Source: Squalus acanthias
Taxonomy: Eukaryota
Assembly (NCBI GenBank): GCA_030390025.1
Contig: CM059438.1
Location: 17,050,001 to 17,114,000, forward strand
Length of the DNA: 64,000 nucleotides
Direction of reading: 5' to 3'
Shown: in pieces, positions 1 to 11,422 of the stretch
Layout of the letters: each line of letters begins with the position of its first letter
How positions within the stretch are numbered: the first letter of the stretch is position 1
The notes under the pieces: generated by a model
Database searches by the model: none
Seen by the model: only the letters and a program-made list of their open reading frames with translations
What the model was told of the DNA's origin: nothing
Translations under genes and position numbers: made by a program

Positions 1-894
1 AGACTTCAGGGAAGGACTCCACATTTTCAAAGGCACACAAGAGAAGCAATACCATTTCCGTTCTTGACACTCTTCAGTTCTTCTCTCCTCCCACCCTTTC
101 ACATTATCCGAGTTTCAGATCTGCTTATATTCAAGGAAACTAAAACTCGGACACAAAAAAGAAAGACTTCTGTGTGGAACTCACCTTGTAAACCTCGCGC
201 CCTGCCCAGTGCTTCACAGTTTTTACATTCCTGTGGTGGATACCAGTTTTGAATTTTACGAAGTAGATCAAGTCACTTTTAAAATGCAATTATGATTGAT
301 AAGATGTTCCTCATCACATCCACTATTCCAGCTGACAGTTCTGGTCAAGTTTTATAAGAGTCCCCATCATAGGGCTATTTGATTATCTTTCGATGACCCT
401 CCAGGCCTTGGTTTCAACTCTTGCTACCTCTCCTGCAGACTTTCCCTTTAGGGTGCACCTAGTCAAGAAAATCTCCTCACTGCAGTTTTGACATCAGTGG
501 ACCAATTCGGTACTGAGTGTAAGTTTTCTCTCATCTGGGTTGTCTCTCAATCAGGATTATGTTTATTAAGAAGAGGCTACGGTCCTTCTTGGAGCCATAA
601 ATGCAACATCAATCAGTTGAGACACTTCTCCCTTGATTTACCACTTCCTTAATTTTAAAGAGTTTCCATAAGTCAAATGTACCTAAATTAATTTCAGGAA
701 ATCTTCTGATCACCACTTGACCTGTGCAACTTGCCTGTAATCTGTCCAACGCACTGCAACTACAAAATCTTCTGGGACTCTTTTATGTATCCCCCTGTAC
801 ACTTAAGAGTCAACCCCTAAAGTACTCTTAGTCTTGTCCTGGGTTTTGAGAATATTAGTTTTTGAGTGCGCTCCTACTGAGTAAAAGAGAACAA

Positions 895-1716
895 ATTAGC
901 CTTTATCATTCTGTGGAGGCTCCCTGCTACAAATGATGTCAATGGCAGCCTCCTCAATTGGCGTGAGCACTTGCATTGTTGCTGGACCTCCTTGGATCTT
1001 TTCATCTCCCTCTTGTTGTATGCCAGATTGTCCTAAAAGAAAAGTGGGAGTGGGTTCGTGAAGGTGTGTCAGGCAGCTTAGCACAGTATGCACACTGAGA
1101 GAAAGAAGGAGTAGCTGTGGGAGAGAGATGGAAGTAGTTCTCAGGGCAGTAGCAAGTCCTGAGTATGCAGGCGTAAGCAGAAGGAGGTGCAGTGAAGTGT
1201 GCTGTTGTGATTGGAGGAGAGGCATGGGAAACAGGGAGGGAAGGATTGGTAGTACTTGGGCTGCTGTGACTAAAGTAGGGCAACGCAGAGAGTAAGAGAG
1301 ATGTGGTAGGGTGTTTTACCTTAGCAGCTCTGGTGAGGTCATTAATTTTTTTTCCTGCATTGTTGCCAGGTCCGCGGAACACCACCACAAAACCAACCGC
1401 AAACAATGGGGTCTGGGTTGTAGTCGTCTTCTCAGCTGGGTGTAAAAAACAGATCTACGCTCTACCATACAAAAAGTGTACCTTCCCTTTAAGACATGCA
1501 GGTTGCTTTGAAATAACACCAGCCCTGCCAGATTTCCTGCCCCCGCAATGGGCAAGCTGCCTATATGGCGCACAATTGCCGCTGGCAGCTCGTCTTGAAT
1601 ATTAAAATGAGGCCTGACCGCGAAAATGGATCGGGCCCCCCGCTGACATCATCGGGTGGACTGAGTGGACATCCCACCCGCTGTCAATCTGATTTACTCA
1701 AAAAAATTGTCCCCCA
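895..1716 (-). mobile_element. Degenerate PIF/Harbinger DNA transposon remnant carrying a spliced Myb/SANT-like gene fragment
   Basis: Minus strand reads VPRTWQQCRKK/(frameshift)NDLTRAAK, then a gtaaaa donor (1319), an intron, a ttttag acceptor (1033) and DNLAYNKREMKR/(frameshift)GGPATMQVLTPIEEAAIDII. This matches the pattern of Harbinger Myb-like (MSANTD/NAIF1-type) proteins. GC/CpG-rich terminal segment ends AAAATTGTCCCC at about 1716. Boundaries approximate. Confidence 0.65.
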
Positions 1717-2315
1717 TTACCTTAAAGTTCTTAATTGATCCAAGCCTTCCCTATATTGTGATTCAAGTCCCTCATCTAACAATTCTTCCTTATGGCAAGT
1801 TGAAATTGGGCATAGTCATCAACAGTTAAAAGCATGATATTTCTTTTCTCCATGTGCCCCCCTCCACTGCCAGAATTTATCAACATTTTAACACTTTGAA
1901 CAGTGCCAAGTAGATCATTCATTTTGGTGGCACCCAGCGCCTGGGGCACCTGCCAAGCTATCATATTAAACATATTCCCAACAACAACCCAAAAGAAAAC
2001 ACCAGAAGTTTGGACCAGTTTGCTCAATGATGTAACCAGGCCTAAGTTCCAGTGCTCAAGTGACTGAAAAAACAGAGCTCTCAGGAATCAGTTAACAACC
2101 AGCAACTGGGTTGGAAGATGTGGATCCCAGGTTCAGAATGGAGGATGGGAAGCTGTAGCCACATAAGAGGAAAAGAATGTAAAAGAAAAAGAAAAGTAGG
2201 GGAGATAAAGAAGAATTTAAAAAATATATTTCACTTTTAATTTAGGATTTTTCTTTAAGCGTCGATTTTGTTGGTCTTATCTTCGTGTAACTGTAATAAA
2301 GTTTTTTCTGACATT

Positions 2316-3041
2316 GGTCTAGAATTTACTGGGAAAATAATGGCGAGTTCACAATGCACGCTGTTATTAGTGCGTTAACAAAAAAATAGCAATTTGTGGC
2401 AAGGAAGAGCTGCGCCGTGAGTTGCGAATCGCCACAAATTGCTGGACGATTTGCACCTGCTCCGCCGTGAGCCTCGCAGAAACCGAAACTTGTCAACAAC
2501 CTCCCCGTGAGTTTCAAGATATTGCTGAATTTGCGCCATGAGTACGAATTAAACTTGCCGCAGAAAGTTAGGGCTGCTAATTCACGATGTAATGACACTT
2601 TTAATGATGAGATTTATGCTCCTGCAATGCCACTCAACCTCGAAGGCCCAGAAAGGGACCAATTGAAACTATGGAGTCTCACTCCTGCAGGTAGTAAATT
2701 GTTCCTAGAGGTTTTTTAAATTTTATTTCTTTCGGTCTCTCTTTTTCTCTCTCTCTTAATCCAATCTTTCTTTCCTTCTTGTCATTTCTCTTCCGGTATC
2801 TAATTTGACTCTAATTCACTCTATTTCCCTCTGTCTTTCGCTCTGTTTTTTTCTCTATCCTTAAATTTAATTGGTTAAGGAGATAGACACTTGGTTCCGA
2901 GGTCCCAGATGCCCCATTGACCTCGCCCTTATTAAATCGCACTTCCAGCAATTTACGGCGCAAAAAATAATTGGAGCTGAAGGGTGAGGAAAAAAAAATC
3001 CAACTCGCCGCGAGATGCCCCACTCCAGCAAATTCTGGGCC
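2316..3041. mobile_element. Non-autonomous DNA transposon (MITE), Harbinger-like
   Basis: Imperfect 17-bp terminal inverted repeats GGTCTAGAATTTACTGG (2316) / CCAGCAAATTCTGGGCC (3025-3041), 14/17 match. ATT on both flanks (2313-2315, 3042-3044) is a 3-bp TSD. CpG-rich interior with no credible ORF. Confidence 0.7.
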
Positions 3042-4260
3042 ATTATCACTCTAATATTAGGGCATTTTTTAATATGACAATTTGTGAGCTGAAAAATGAA
3101 AAAAAAATGGCTGGCCCAGGCAGCAGAGAATTCCCTGGAGCTGCTGGTAATCTAAGGGTTAAACTTCAAAGAATAACTTCACAAAGGTTTGTCAGATCTG
3201 AATGATTCAGCGAGTATCAAAATAGGATAGACTCTAGATATGAGGAACAGAAAGTACAACCTAATATCTCATTATTTATAAATGAAGAAATTACTCAGGG
3301 CCCACCAACATACAACAGGAAATCAAATGAGCCATCTTAATTACTTGGACTTTTGACCTGTATTTGTAATTTATAACTCTGATAGATCTGCAATGGCTTT
3401 GGAGAAAAAAAAACTAACACCACATGATAACCTGAAGACATTGCAAATTCTCTGGTGCTATTTATATGTGATATCATTCAGATATACATGCCACCATGGG
3501 CCACAGCAGATAAATGTTGTATAATTTCTACATAGAGCATTTCCTATTTAATTCTGTAACTTCCATCTCTAATTAATGAGAACTGGGGCGACAGGTTTCG
3601 ATCTGCCTTGCAAACGCACTGAGGCCAAGCATGTGAAACTCCCAGCAGAATACCATCTCACCTGGTGGAGTATAACTCCAGTCCTGTGTGAAACCGGTTT
3701 AAATAATGCTCAGACTCTCCATGGCATCATTTGCAATGGCTTCTCTTCCTGCTCTCACACCACTACCTCTGGAGTCCCCCAAGGATCTATCCTTGGCCCC
3801 CCTCCTATTTCTCATCTACATGCTGCCCCTCAGCGACATCATCCGAAAACACAGCGTCAGGTTCCACATGTACGCTGACAACACCCAGCTCGACCTCACC
3901 ACCATAAGTCTCAACCCCTCCACTGCCTCTGATTTGTCATGCTGCTTGTCCAACATCCAGTACTGGATGAGCAGAAATTTCCTCCAACTAAATATTGGGA
4001 AGACCAAAGCCATCGTCTTCGGTCCCCACCACAAACTCTGTCCCCAAGCCACTGACTCCATCCCTCTCCCTGGAAACTGTGAGAGACTGAACTAGACTGT
4101 TTGCAACCTTGGCACCCTATTTGACCCCGAAGTGAGCTTCCGAATACATATCCGCTCCATCACCAAAACCATCTACTTCCACCTCCGCAACAATGCCCGT
4201 CTCCGACCCTGCCTCCACTCATCTACTGCCGAAAGCCTCATCCATGCCTTTGTTACCACT

Positions 4261-4732
4261 GATGCGGAGATGCCGGTGTTGGACTGGGGTGGACAAAAAT
4301 GAGAAGTCGCACAACACCAGGTTATAGTCCAACAGTTTTATTTGAAATCATGAGCTTTCGGAGCGCTGCTCCTTCGTCAGGTAAAGTGAAGGAATACAAA
4401 TCAGCAAAGCATATATAGACAGAGAACAATGCCTGTGCAGCGTATAATGTCAGACGACTACAGTAAATCTTACTGACTGCCCTCCATCACACCTCGGCAG
4501 AGATACAATCAGGCAAGTCAGGAAGGCATTATATCAAAGACACAGCAAAATACAGCTAAGACAATGAGGTGGGGTCACAGGGGGTCCAACGTGTCAAATG
4601 CTGCAGTCTGTATGGTTAAGCTTTTTACTTTTTTTTTAAACTGGAAATCACATCTGTGAACAAGCCAACGATGACTCGAGTCTGGATGACTACGTCATGT
4701 AGCGTGACATGAAACCAAGATCCCGGTTGAGG
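4261..4732 (-). mobile_element. Penelope-like element fragment inserted into the L2
   Basis: The L2 sequence TGCCTTTGTTACC..TAG.CTTGACTATTCC (intact at about 41741-41771) is split here, with CCACT duplicated at 4256-4260 and 4733-4737. The insert carries a hammerhead core followed by AATAAA on the minus strand, the arrangement typical of Penelope-like terminal repeats. Confidence 0.7.
4349..4383 (-). ncRNA. Minimal type I hammerhead ribozyme motif (Penelope-associated), stem I partly degenerate
   Basis: Minus strand: tac-CTGACGA-a-GGAGC-agc-GCTCC-GAAA-gc-TC-atg. This gives the CUGANGA box, a perfect 5-bp stem II, the GAAA box, a palindromic mini stem III and a UH cleavage site. Confidence 0.7.
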
Positions 4733-5328
4733 CCACTAGTCTTGACTATTCCAATGCTCTCCTGGCTGGCCTCCCATTTTGGACCCTCCATAAGCTTGAG
4801 CTCATCCAAAACTCTGTTGCTCATTTCCTAACTCGCGCAAAGTCCCGTTCACCCATCACCCCTGTGCTCGCTGACGTACATTGGCTCCTGGTCCTGCAAC
4901 GTCTCGATTTTAAAATTCTCATCCTTGTTTTCAAATCCCTCCATGGCCTTGCCCCTCCCTATCTCTGTAACTTCCTCCAGCCTTACACCCCTCAGAGACC
5001 ACTGCGCTCCTCCAATTCTGGCCTTTTGCGCGTCCCCAATTTTAATTACCCCACCATTGGCGGCTGTGCCTTCAGCTGCCTGGGCCCTAAACTCTGGAAT
5101 TCCTCTCCGTCTCTCTACCTCTCTTTCCTCCTTTAAGTCGCTCCTTAAAACCTACCTCTTTGACCAAGCTTTTGGTCACCTGTCTCAATCGCTCCTTATG
5201 TGGCTCGGTGTCAAATTTTTCATGATAAATCTCCTGTGAAGCCACCTTGGGACGTTTTCCTATGTTAAAGGTGCTATATAAATGCAAGTTGTTGTTGTAG
5301 TTGTGAGTCGAGTCTTTTTCATGTTAGC

Positions 5329-6770
5329 TAATGTAACCCCACTATTTAAAAAAGGTGGGAGAGAAAACGGGGAATTATAGCCTGACATCAGTAGTGGGGA
5401 AAATGCTAGAGTCCATTATAAAAGATGCAATAGCAGAGCACTTGGAAAACAGTGACAGGATCGGACAAAGTCAACATGGATTTACAAAAGGGAAATCATG
5501 CTTGACTAATCTACTGGAATTTTTTGAGGATGTAACTGGTAGAATAGATAAGGGAGAACCAGTGGATGTGATGTATTTGGACTTTCAGAAGGCTTTCGAT
5601 AAGGTCCCGCATAAGAGATTGGCGTGCAAAGTTAAAGCACATGGGATTGGGGGTAAGGTACTGACTTGGATAGAGAACTGGTTGGCAGACAGGAAGCAAA
5701 GAGTTGGAATAAACGGGTCTTTTTCTGAGTGGTAGGCAGTGACTAGTGGGGTACCGCAGGGATCGGTGCTAGGACCCCAGTTATTCACAATATATATTAA
5801 TGATCTAGACAAGGGAACTAGATGTAATATCTCCAAGTTTGCAGACAACACAAAGCTGGGTGGGCGTGTGTGTTGTGAGGAGGATGCAGAGAAACTCCAG
5901 TATGATTTGGACAAGTTGGGTGATTGGGCAGATGCATGGCAGATGCAGTATAATGTGGATAATGCGAGGTTATCCACTTTGGTGGCAAAAACAGGAAGGC
6001 AGATTATTATCTGAACGGCAATAGATTGGGAAAAGGGGGAGTGCAATGAGACCTGGGAGTCCTTGCGCACCAGTCGTTGAAGGTAAGCATGCAGGTGCAG
6101 CAGGCGGTTAAGAAGGCAAATGGTATGTTGGCTTTCATAGTGAGAGGATTTGAGTGCAGGAGCAAGGATGTCTTGCTGCAGTTGTACAGGGCCTTGGTGA
6201 GACCACACCTTGAGTATTGTGTGCAGTTTTGGTCGCTTTATCTGAGGAAGGATGTTCTTGCCATGGAGGGAGTGCAGCGAAGATTCACCAGACTGATACC
6301 TGAGATGGCAGGAATGACGTATGAAGAGAGATTGGGACGATTGGGCTTGTATTCGCTAGAGTTTAGAAGAATGAGAGGGGATCTCATTGAAACTTATAAA
6401 ATTCTAACAGGACTAGACAGACTAGATGCAGGAAGGATGTTCCCGATGGCGGGGGAGTCCAGAACCAGGGGTCACAGTCTAAGGATAAGGGGTAAGCCAT
6501 TTAGGACTGAGATGAGGAGGAATTTCTTCACCCAGAGAGTGGTGAACCTGTGGAATTCTCTACCACAGAAGGCAGTAGAGGCCAATTCATTAAATATATT
6601 CAAGAAGGAGTTAGATATATTTCTTAAGGCTAAAGGGACCAAGGGATATGGGGAGAAAGCAGGGACAGGGTACTGAATTTGGATGATCAGCCACGATCTC
6701 ATTAAATGGCGGAACAGGCTCGAGGGGCCGAATGGCCTACTCCTGCTCCTATCTTCTATGTTTTCTATGA
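5329..6770 (+). mobile_element. 5'-truncated CR1 LINE (ORF2 reverse transcriptase remnant plus 3' UTR)
   Basis: SQHGFTKGKSCLTNLLEFFE, YLDFQKAFDKVPH, VTSGVPQGSVLGP, SKFADNTKLGG, LVRPHLEYCVQFWS, RRNFFTQRVVNLWNSLP. Premature stop at 5733-5735 and frameshifts. 3' hairpin/tail GGCCGAATGGCCTACTCCTGCTCC...(TTCTATG)n. Confidence 0.95.
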
Positions 6771-7529
6771 GAAAGCAGAGGCTGCTATCCGTACTCTCTC
6801 AACGTTACAAAATAGCCTCTGAGGTGCACAGCTCGGCACATGAGCATAAGCATATTTGCACAAAGCTTTGCTGCCAGACAGAATATGAGTAACTCTATTA
6901 TTGGCAACAGTGCTTTGCAGTCTGCATCTACCAGTAGATAGTATAACTGCAGCCTTGGAGTCACCTTGGGCTTCCAATAGGTTCATTTCATACATATCTT
7001 TCCATGCACGTGTATCTTTTAATTTCTTTCTTACACTTAAGAAGTGAAGCAATATGAACACAATAAACCTTATATATCCATTGGGACATGAGTTTTGGCT
7101 GTTTGGCCTCTTAGAACATATTTTAAGCCCACCCGAAATTACAAATTGGTAGAAAACCAAAATATTTATAAATCTGTTAGAGATAAACTCCAAGAACATT
7201 AAATATGAAGATAATTACAAGTCAGAGTACTTTTAGTATACACTAGCAGTCTAGGCTTGTTCAGTCACTCCTGCTCACAAAAGTGAGCTTCGAGTGAAAG
7301 ACTGCACTGCAGCCCTGAGCAAACAAACATTTTGCGGAACAGATGTGGGCAGCTAACACTAGTCATCGTCATCTTCAATAAGCTTAACCACCAGGCAAAA
7401 TTAAACTCGACATGAAACCTAGATGCCAATCAGGAACCATAATTCATCTTCTCAAACCATACAGCCTACCGTTTCCTGCTGGTGAATCTGGAGCTCATGT
7501 CACAAGACAAGTTTGGCTCATTTGATTCA

Positions 7530-7880
7530 ATTTTCCCAGGATGCCAACCCTACCATCTTCCCATTACAGTATCTAGCTGCTGCTTCAATGTGTGCTGTCC
7601 ACTGGCCTCACCCACCTTTCGTGACCACCCATTTTCACTATTGATTACACGCTATGTAAAGAAACGCTGCCTGGCATTTGCCCTCAATTTGCATTTCACA
7701 ACACTAACCGTCTGTGCCCTCTTGTCTTACTGTCTTGGCATATCTGAAAGTATTGTTTCAGATTCCCCACCCTGTTAAATATCTTATATACCTCTGAAAA
7801 GCCACCTCTGAGACTTCTTTTTTGAGGCTGAAGACCTCTGTTTTATCAGCTTGTTCCTCACAGCTCCTCTCATTATCACT
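7530..7880 (-). mobile_element. Old, highly diverged CR1-like 3' fragment
   Basis: Loose colinearity with the minus-strand CR1 copy at 15493-15970 (judged by eye). Confidence 0.4.
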
Positions 7881-7949
7881 GGAGTGGCGAAATTCTGGTC
7901 TGTGGTAAGCTGCAAAGAAGCTTTTAACTAAAAGATTCATGTTCAAGGT

Positions 7950-8225
7950 ATTAGAATTGCCCTCATCACCTCTGGAATAGGCAGAGGGGAAAAAAAGTCA
8001 GTGTTTCTGTTTGCAATTCCTGTCCAGTAACTCCCACTCATGTGTTTATCGAGTGATGGCAGGATTGGGCACAGGTGTGATGCCTGTCATGGCCAAATGG
8101 CCTACCACTATCTAGTCTCACACACAACGAATGGCCACTTGGATGAGCTACCCCGGTGCCTGTGGAACCATATCCCAGCCTGGGTCAGCACCTTCGAGGG
8201 GACAAGAAGAAAATTGGAGGGGAAA
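7950..8225 (+). mobile_element. Partial copy of a second SINE-like family (also at 23630, 32780, 49470, 51780)
   Basis: Shared blocks GGATTGGGC.CAG.TGTGATGCC, GAATG.CCACTTGG and TG.GGAACCA.A.CC with the 32780 and 49470 copies. Confidence 0.6.
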
Positions 8226-8736
8226 AAGGAAAAGTTTAACAATCGCAGGTAGTAGTTAACGGAAAAAGAACGAATCTATCGGAAATATAGTTCACGTTGA
8301 AAGTACTTCCAAACAGTTACTTTTCCATTTTAACTAAAATATTAAACTAATCGGACATGTATTACAAAGTAAAGTAAATCCACAAGTAAATTAAAGATTT
8401 AACTGAAAAGACAGACAAGCTTTTAAAATTCAGACATGCAACAGATCCATTATTAAAAGTGAAGGATCCTGAGGTTTCAAATTCTGAATATGTTATTAAT
8501 AAATTTAGGTTCTACTCACCGGACTGTTCCAATGTGCATCTCAGTGATGCTTCTCACAGTTATGATGCTCATTGTAATATCTATAACACCATTAAAAAAA
8601 CAAGGGAGTATTGTAGAATCAGAATTTCAATAAGTAACCTGTTAACTAATCAAATGTCTATATCATTATCTTACAGGCTGGACTGATTGATGGGTAGGCA
8701 CATGCACACATGGTCCACACTACTGGTACTATGCTT

Positions 8737-9113
8737 CCTTGATTTTAAATCCCTCCATGGCCTTGCCCCTCCCTATCTCTGTAATCTCCTCTAGCCCCAC
8801 AACCCTCAGATATCTGCACTCCTCTAATTCTGGCCTCTTGAGCCTCCCCAATTTTAATCGCTCAACCATTGGTGGCCGTGCTTTCAGCTGCCGAGGCCCT
8901 AAGTTCTGGAATTCCCTCCCTAAACCTCTCCACCTCTATCCCTTGCTTTCCTCCTTTAAGACACTCCTTAAAACCTACCTCTTTGATCAAGCATCTGTCC
9001 TAATATCTCCTTATGTGACTCGGTGTCAAATTTTGTTTGATAACGCTCCTGTGAAGTGCCTTGGGATGTTTTACTACGTTAAAGGTGCTATATAAATGCA
9101 AGTTGTTGCTGTT
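8737..9113 (+). mobile_element. L2 LINE 3' end fragment
   Basis: Near-identical to 4930-5300 (AAATCCCTCCATGGCCTTGCCCCTCCCTATCTCTGTAA...CTATATAAATGCAAGTTGTTG). Confidence 0.9.
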
Positions 9114-9671
9114 TTATTCTTCAGGCACTGCATCGGAGGTGTCCAAGCCACAACCTGGATCCAGCCCACTTAGCAATTCTATGTGACCTACTACTGCCTT
9201 TCATAAATAAAGACAAGCCTCTCACTCAATATGCTATGCGCCTAACTCAAAACTTTTGTCACTGCAGTGGGTTTTGCAGCCACCATTATCACTTTCTTCT
9301 TCTCTAAATCTTTCAGAAGATTTTTGCCAGTGCAAATTTCAGGTAGAAAGTGACCTTCTTATTGGCTGCGGGCACATTGGTTAAGCATGTTATGTTCCGA
9401 CGGCCAATAGGAAGGCTGTGAACCAAATTCGCCTCCAATCATAGCGCTATGTCACCGGAATGGCTCTGTGGGGGGGGGGGGGGATGCAAAAATGCAAAAT
9501 GTAGGTCTTTTTATATCTAAAACAGAGTAAAATCAAGGATTCTTCTTGCCAGGGATTATATTGCTGATAGATTTTGTTTTAGAAAGATCAGAGAAAGTAC
9601 TTAAGCACAGAATATGTTCCCCCCCCCCAAACCTTTCTTTACTTTCACCAATTTAGGAGATCTTGGTGTCT

Positions 9672-10099
9672 GGATTGTGGGTTCAAGTCCCACTCCAGGG
9701 ACTTGAGCACATAAAGCTAGGTTGACACTCCAATGCAGTGCTGAGGGAGTGCTGCACTGTTGGAAGGTGCCGTCTTTCGGATGAAACGTTAAACCAAGGC
9801 CCTGTCTGTGCTCTCAGGTGGACGTAAAAGATCCCATGGCCCTGTTTCGAAGAGGAGCAGGGGAGTTATCCCTGGTGTCCTAGGGCCAATATTTATCCCT
9901 CAACCAACATAACAAAAACAGATTATCTGGTCATTATCACATTGCTGTTTGTGGGAGCTTGCTGTGCGCAAATTGGCTGCCGTGTTTCCCACATTACAAC
10001 AGTGACTACACTCCAAAAGTACTTCATTGACTGTAAAGCGCTTCGAGACATCCTGTGGTCATGAAAGGCGCTATATAAATGCAAGTCTTTCTTTCTTTT
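9672..10099 (+). mobile_element. tRNA-derived Deu-domain SINE (SacSINE1-like)
   Basis: B-box GGTTCAAGTCC, central GCTGAGGGAGTGCTGCACTGT...GCCGTCTTTCGGATGA.ACGTTAAAC...GGTGGACGTAAAAGATCCCATGGC block, tail GCGCTATATAAATGCAAGTCTTTCTTTC. Homologous copies elsewhere in the window. Confidence 0.85.
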
Positions 10100-10874
10100 G
10101 ACTTGATTAATTGCACAGATTTCATCTTGATTTCCATTGTCCTGGTTATTTCCAAACTTTTACTTAAAGTCCTAAGGGTCCAAAGGTTCGATCAAGAGTT
10201 CAAAGAAAGTGTGAAAGGTCTGCAAACTCCTCTTCAGTTCATTCTATCAATCCTATACAATACAAGAACTGGCAAGAGGCACAAATCTATCCAGCTAGAC
10301 AGAGGGTATTTCACCTAGTGAAGCAAAGCATATAGTAACTTACTGAAGTACAGATCAGATATTGTGCAAAACTAGTTGGGCAAAGCAGTCCATTAGTGAG
10401 TCTTATCTAAAATGAACAAATATGAATGGCTTATCCTCGCTGTCTCCAATTACAGTCTCCCGGTCATTTATTTAAATCCAGAAAGCTTTATTGTTGCTCA
10501 AATAGTACCTCAAACATCCAGCTGTCCACTTCTCAATAACACCGTGTGCAGCAAAGGCTGTGTCAATCTGTCAGTCTCCATTAGCTGAAACCTTCTCTGT
10601 GTGGCCTCATATTAGAGAAAAAAATAACAATGCACTGGATAAGGTTGAATAATATTACAATAAATTACCTCAGAAATGCCATTAGTTGTAAAACCCTAAT
10701 AGTCCTTTTTAAATTAAAATAATTTACCTGAGAAAGGACCTCCTAACAGCCATCATTGAGCTGGTTTTATGTTCAATGGAGGTTCGCTATGCAGCTGGGA
10801 GATGTAACTTGGTTTGGTAAGGAAAAGGTTCAAAAAAATCCATGTTGGTTAACTGGGACAAAATCTTTATTTCT

Positions 10875-11030
10875 GCCAGAAAAACAGAAAACGCTGAAAA
10901 TGCAGTATCCAAAATAAAAGTTTTGGATGTAATCCTTCACCGAAACTGGGATTTCTTTCAGATGCTAATCATGCTCCTACACATCTCCAGGATTTTCTCT
11001 CTATTTCAGATTTCAACATTCACAGTTTAT
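10875..11030. mobile_element. Degenerate Penelope-derived hairpin repeat
   Basis: AAAACAGAAAACGCTGAAAA...CAGATGCT...TCCAGGATTTTCT...TATTTCAGATTTC resembles, from memory, a common shark inverted-repeat family; heavily decayed. Confidence 0.4.
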
Positions 11031-11061
11031 ATTTCTGTACCTCACGGGCTTTTAAGAGTAT

Positions 11062-11422
11062 GGTGGGAATTTTAACTCCCCACCGAGGGGGAAACGAGTC
11101 GGCGGGTTTGGCTGCTATTTTGACATGACTGATTTTCTGGCATATGAGGCACCCATCATTTATGCAAATTAGGGTCCTATTATATCACGAGGACCCCGAT
11201 GCCCGGACTTGCTCCCTTCGCACGCGAACTGCCCCATCCCTGCAGTTACCTTCGGACCAGAGACCACCCAACTATCCGCCACTCCCACCAAGGTCCCAGC
11301 CACGTCGGTCAGAAAGTCGGCCAGCAGCACGTTAACGAGGCTCAACTTTAAAAATCAGCCGCTCCTGGACGGACTAGCCGTTCGCTAGCCCGCCTTCCCA
11401 TCCAGGAGTTAAAATTCCCACC
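11062..11422. mobile_element. MITE with perfect 18-bp terminal inverted repeats
   Basis: GGTGGGAATTTTAACTCC (11062-11079) and its exact reverse complement GGAGTTAAAATTCCCACC (11405-11422). CpG-rich 361-bp body. The flanking trinucleotides (TAT/TGC) do not match as a TSD. Confidence 0.8.

Larger units (their letters stand above)
3728..5304 (+). mobile_element. 5'-truncated L2-clade LINE (RT C-terminal half plus 3' tail), interrupted by an insertion at 4261-4732
   Basis: RT motifs SGVPQGSILGP and FHMYADNTQL, then WMSRNFLQLNIGKTKAI and HWLLVLQRLDFKILILVFKSLHGLAPPYL, with frameshifts. Ends in CTATATAAATGCAAGTTGTTGTTG. Closely similar copy at 41668-42343. Confidence 0.9.

Noticed and set aside
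3585-3635. GGGGCGACAGGTTTCGA...GCATG resembles a bacterial tmRNA 5' end
   Set aside because: No tag-peptide ORF, no T-arm/acceptor 3' end, vertebrate context; most likely coincidence.
5355-6676. RT ORFs as an active retroelement or host gene
   Set aside because: 5'-truncated CR1 with a premature stop and frameshifts; no endonuclease or ORF1.
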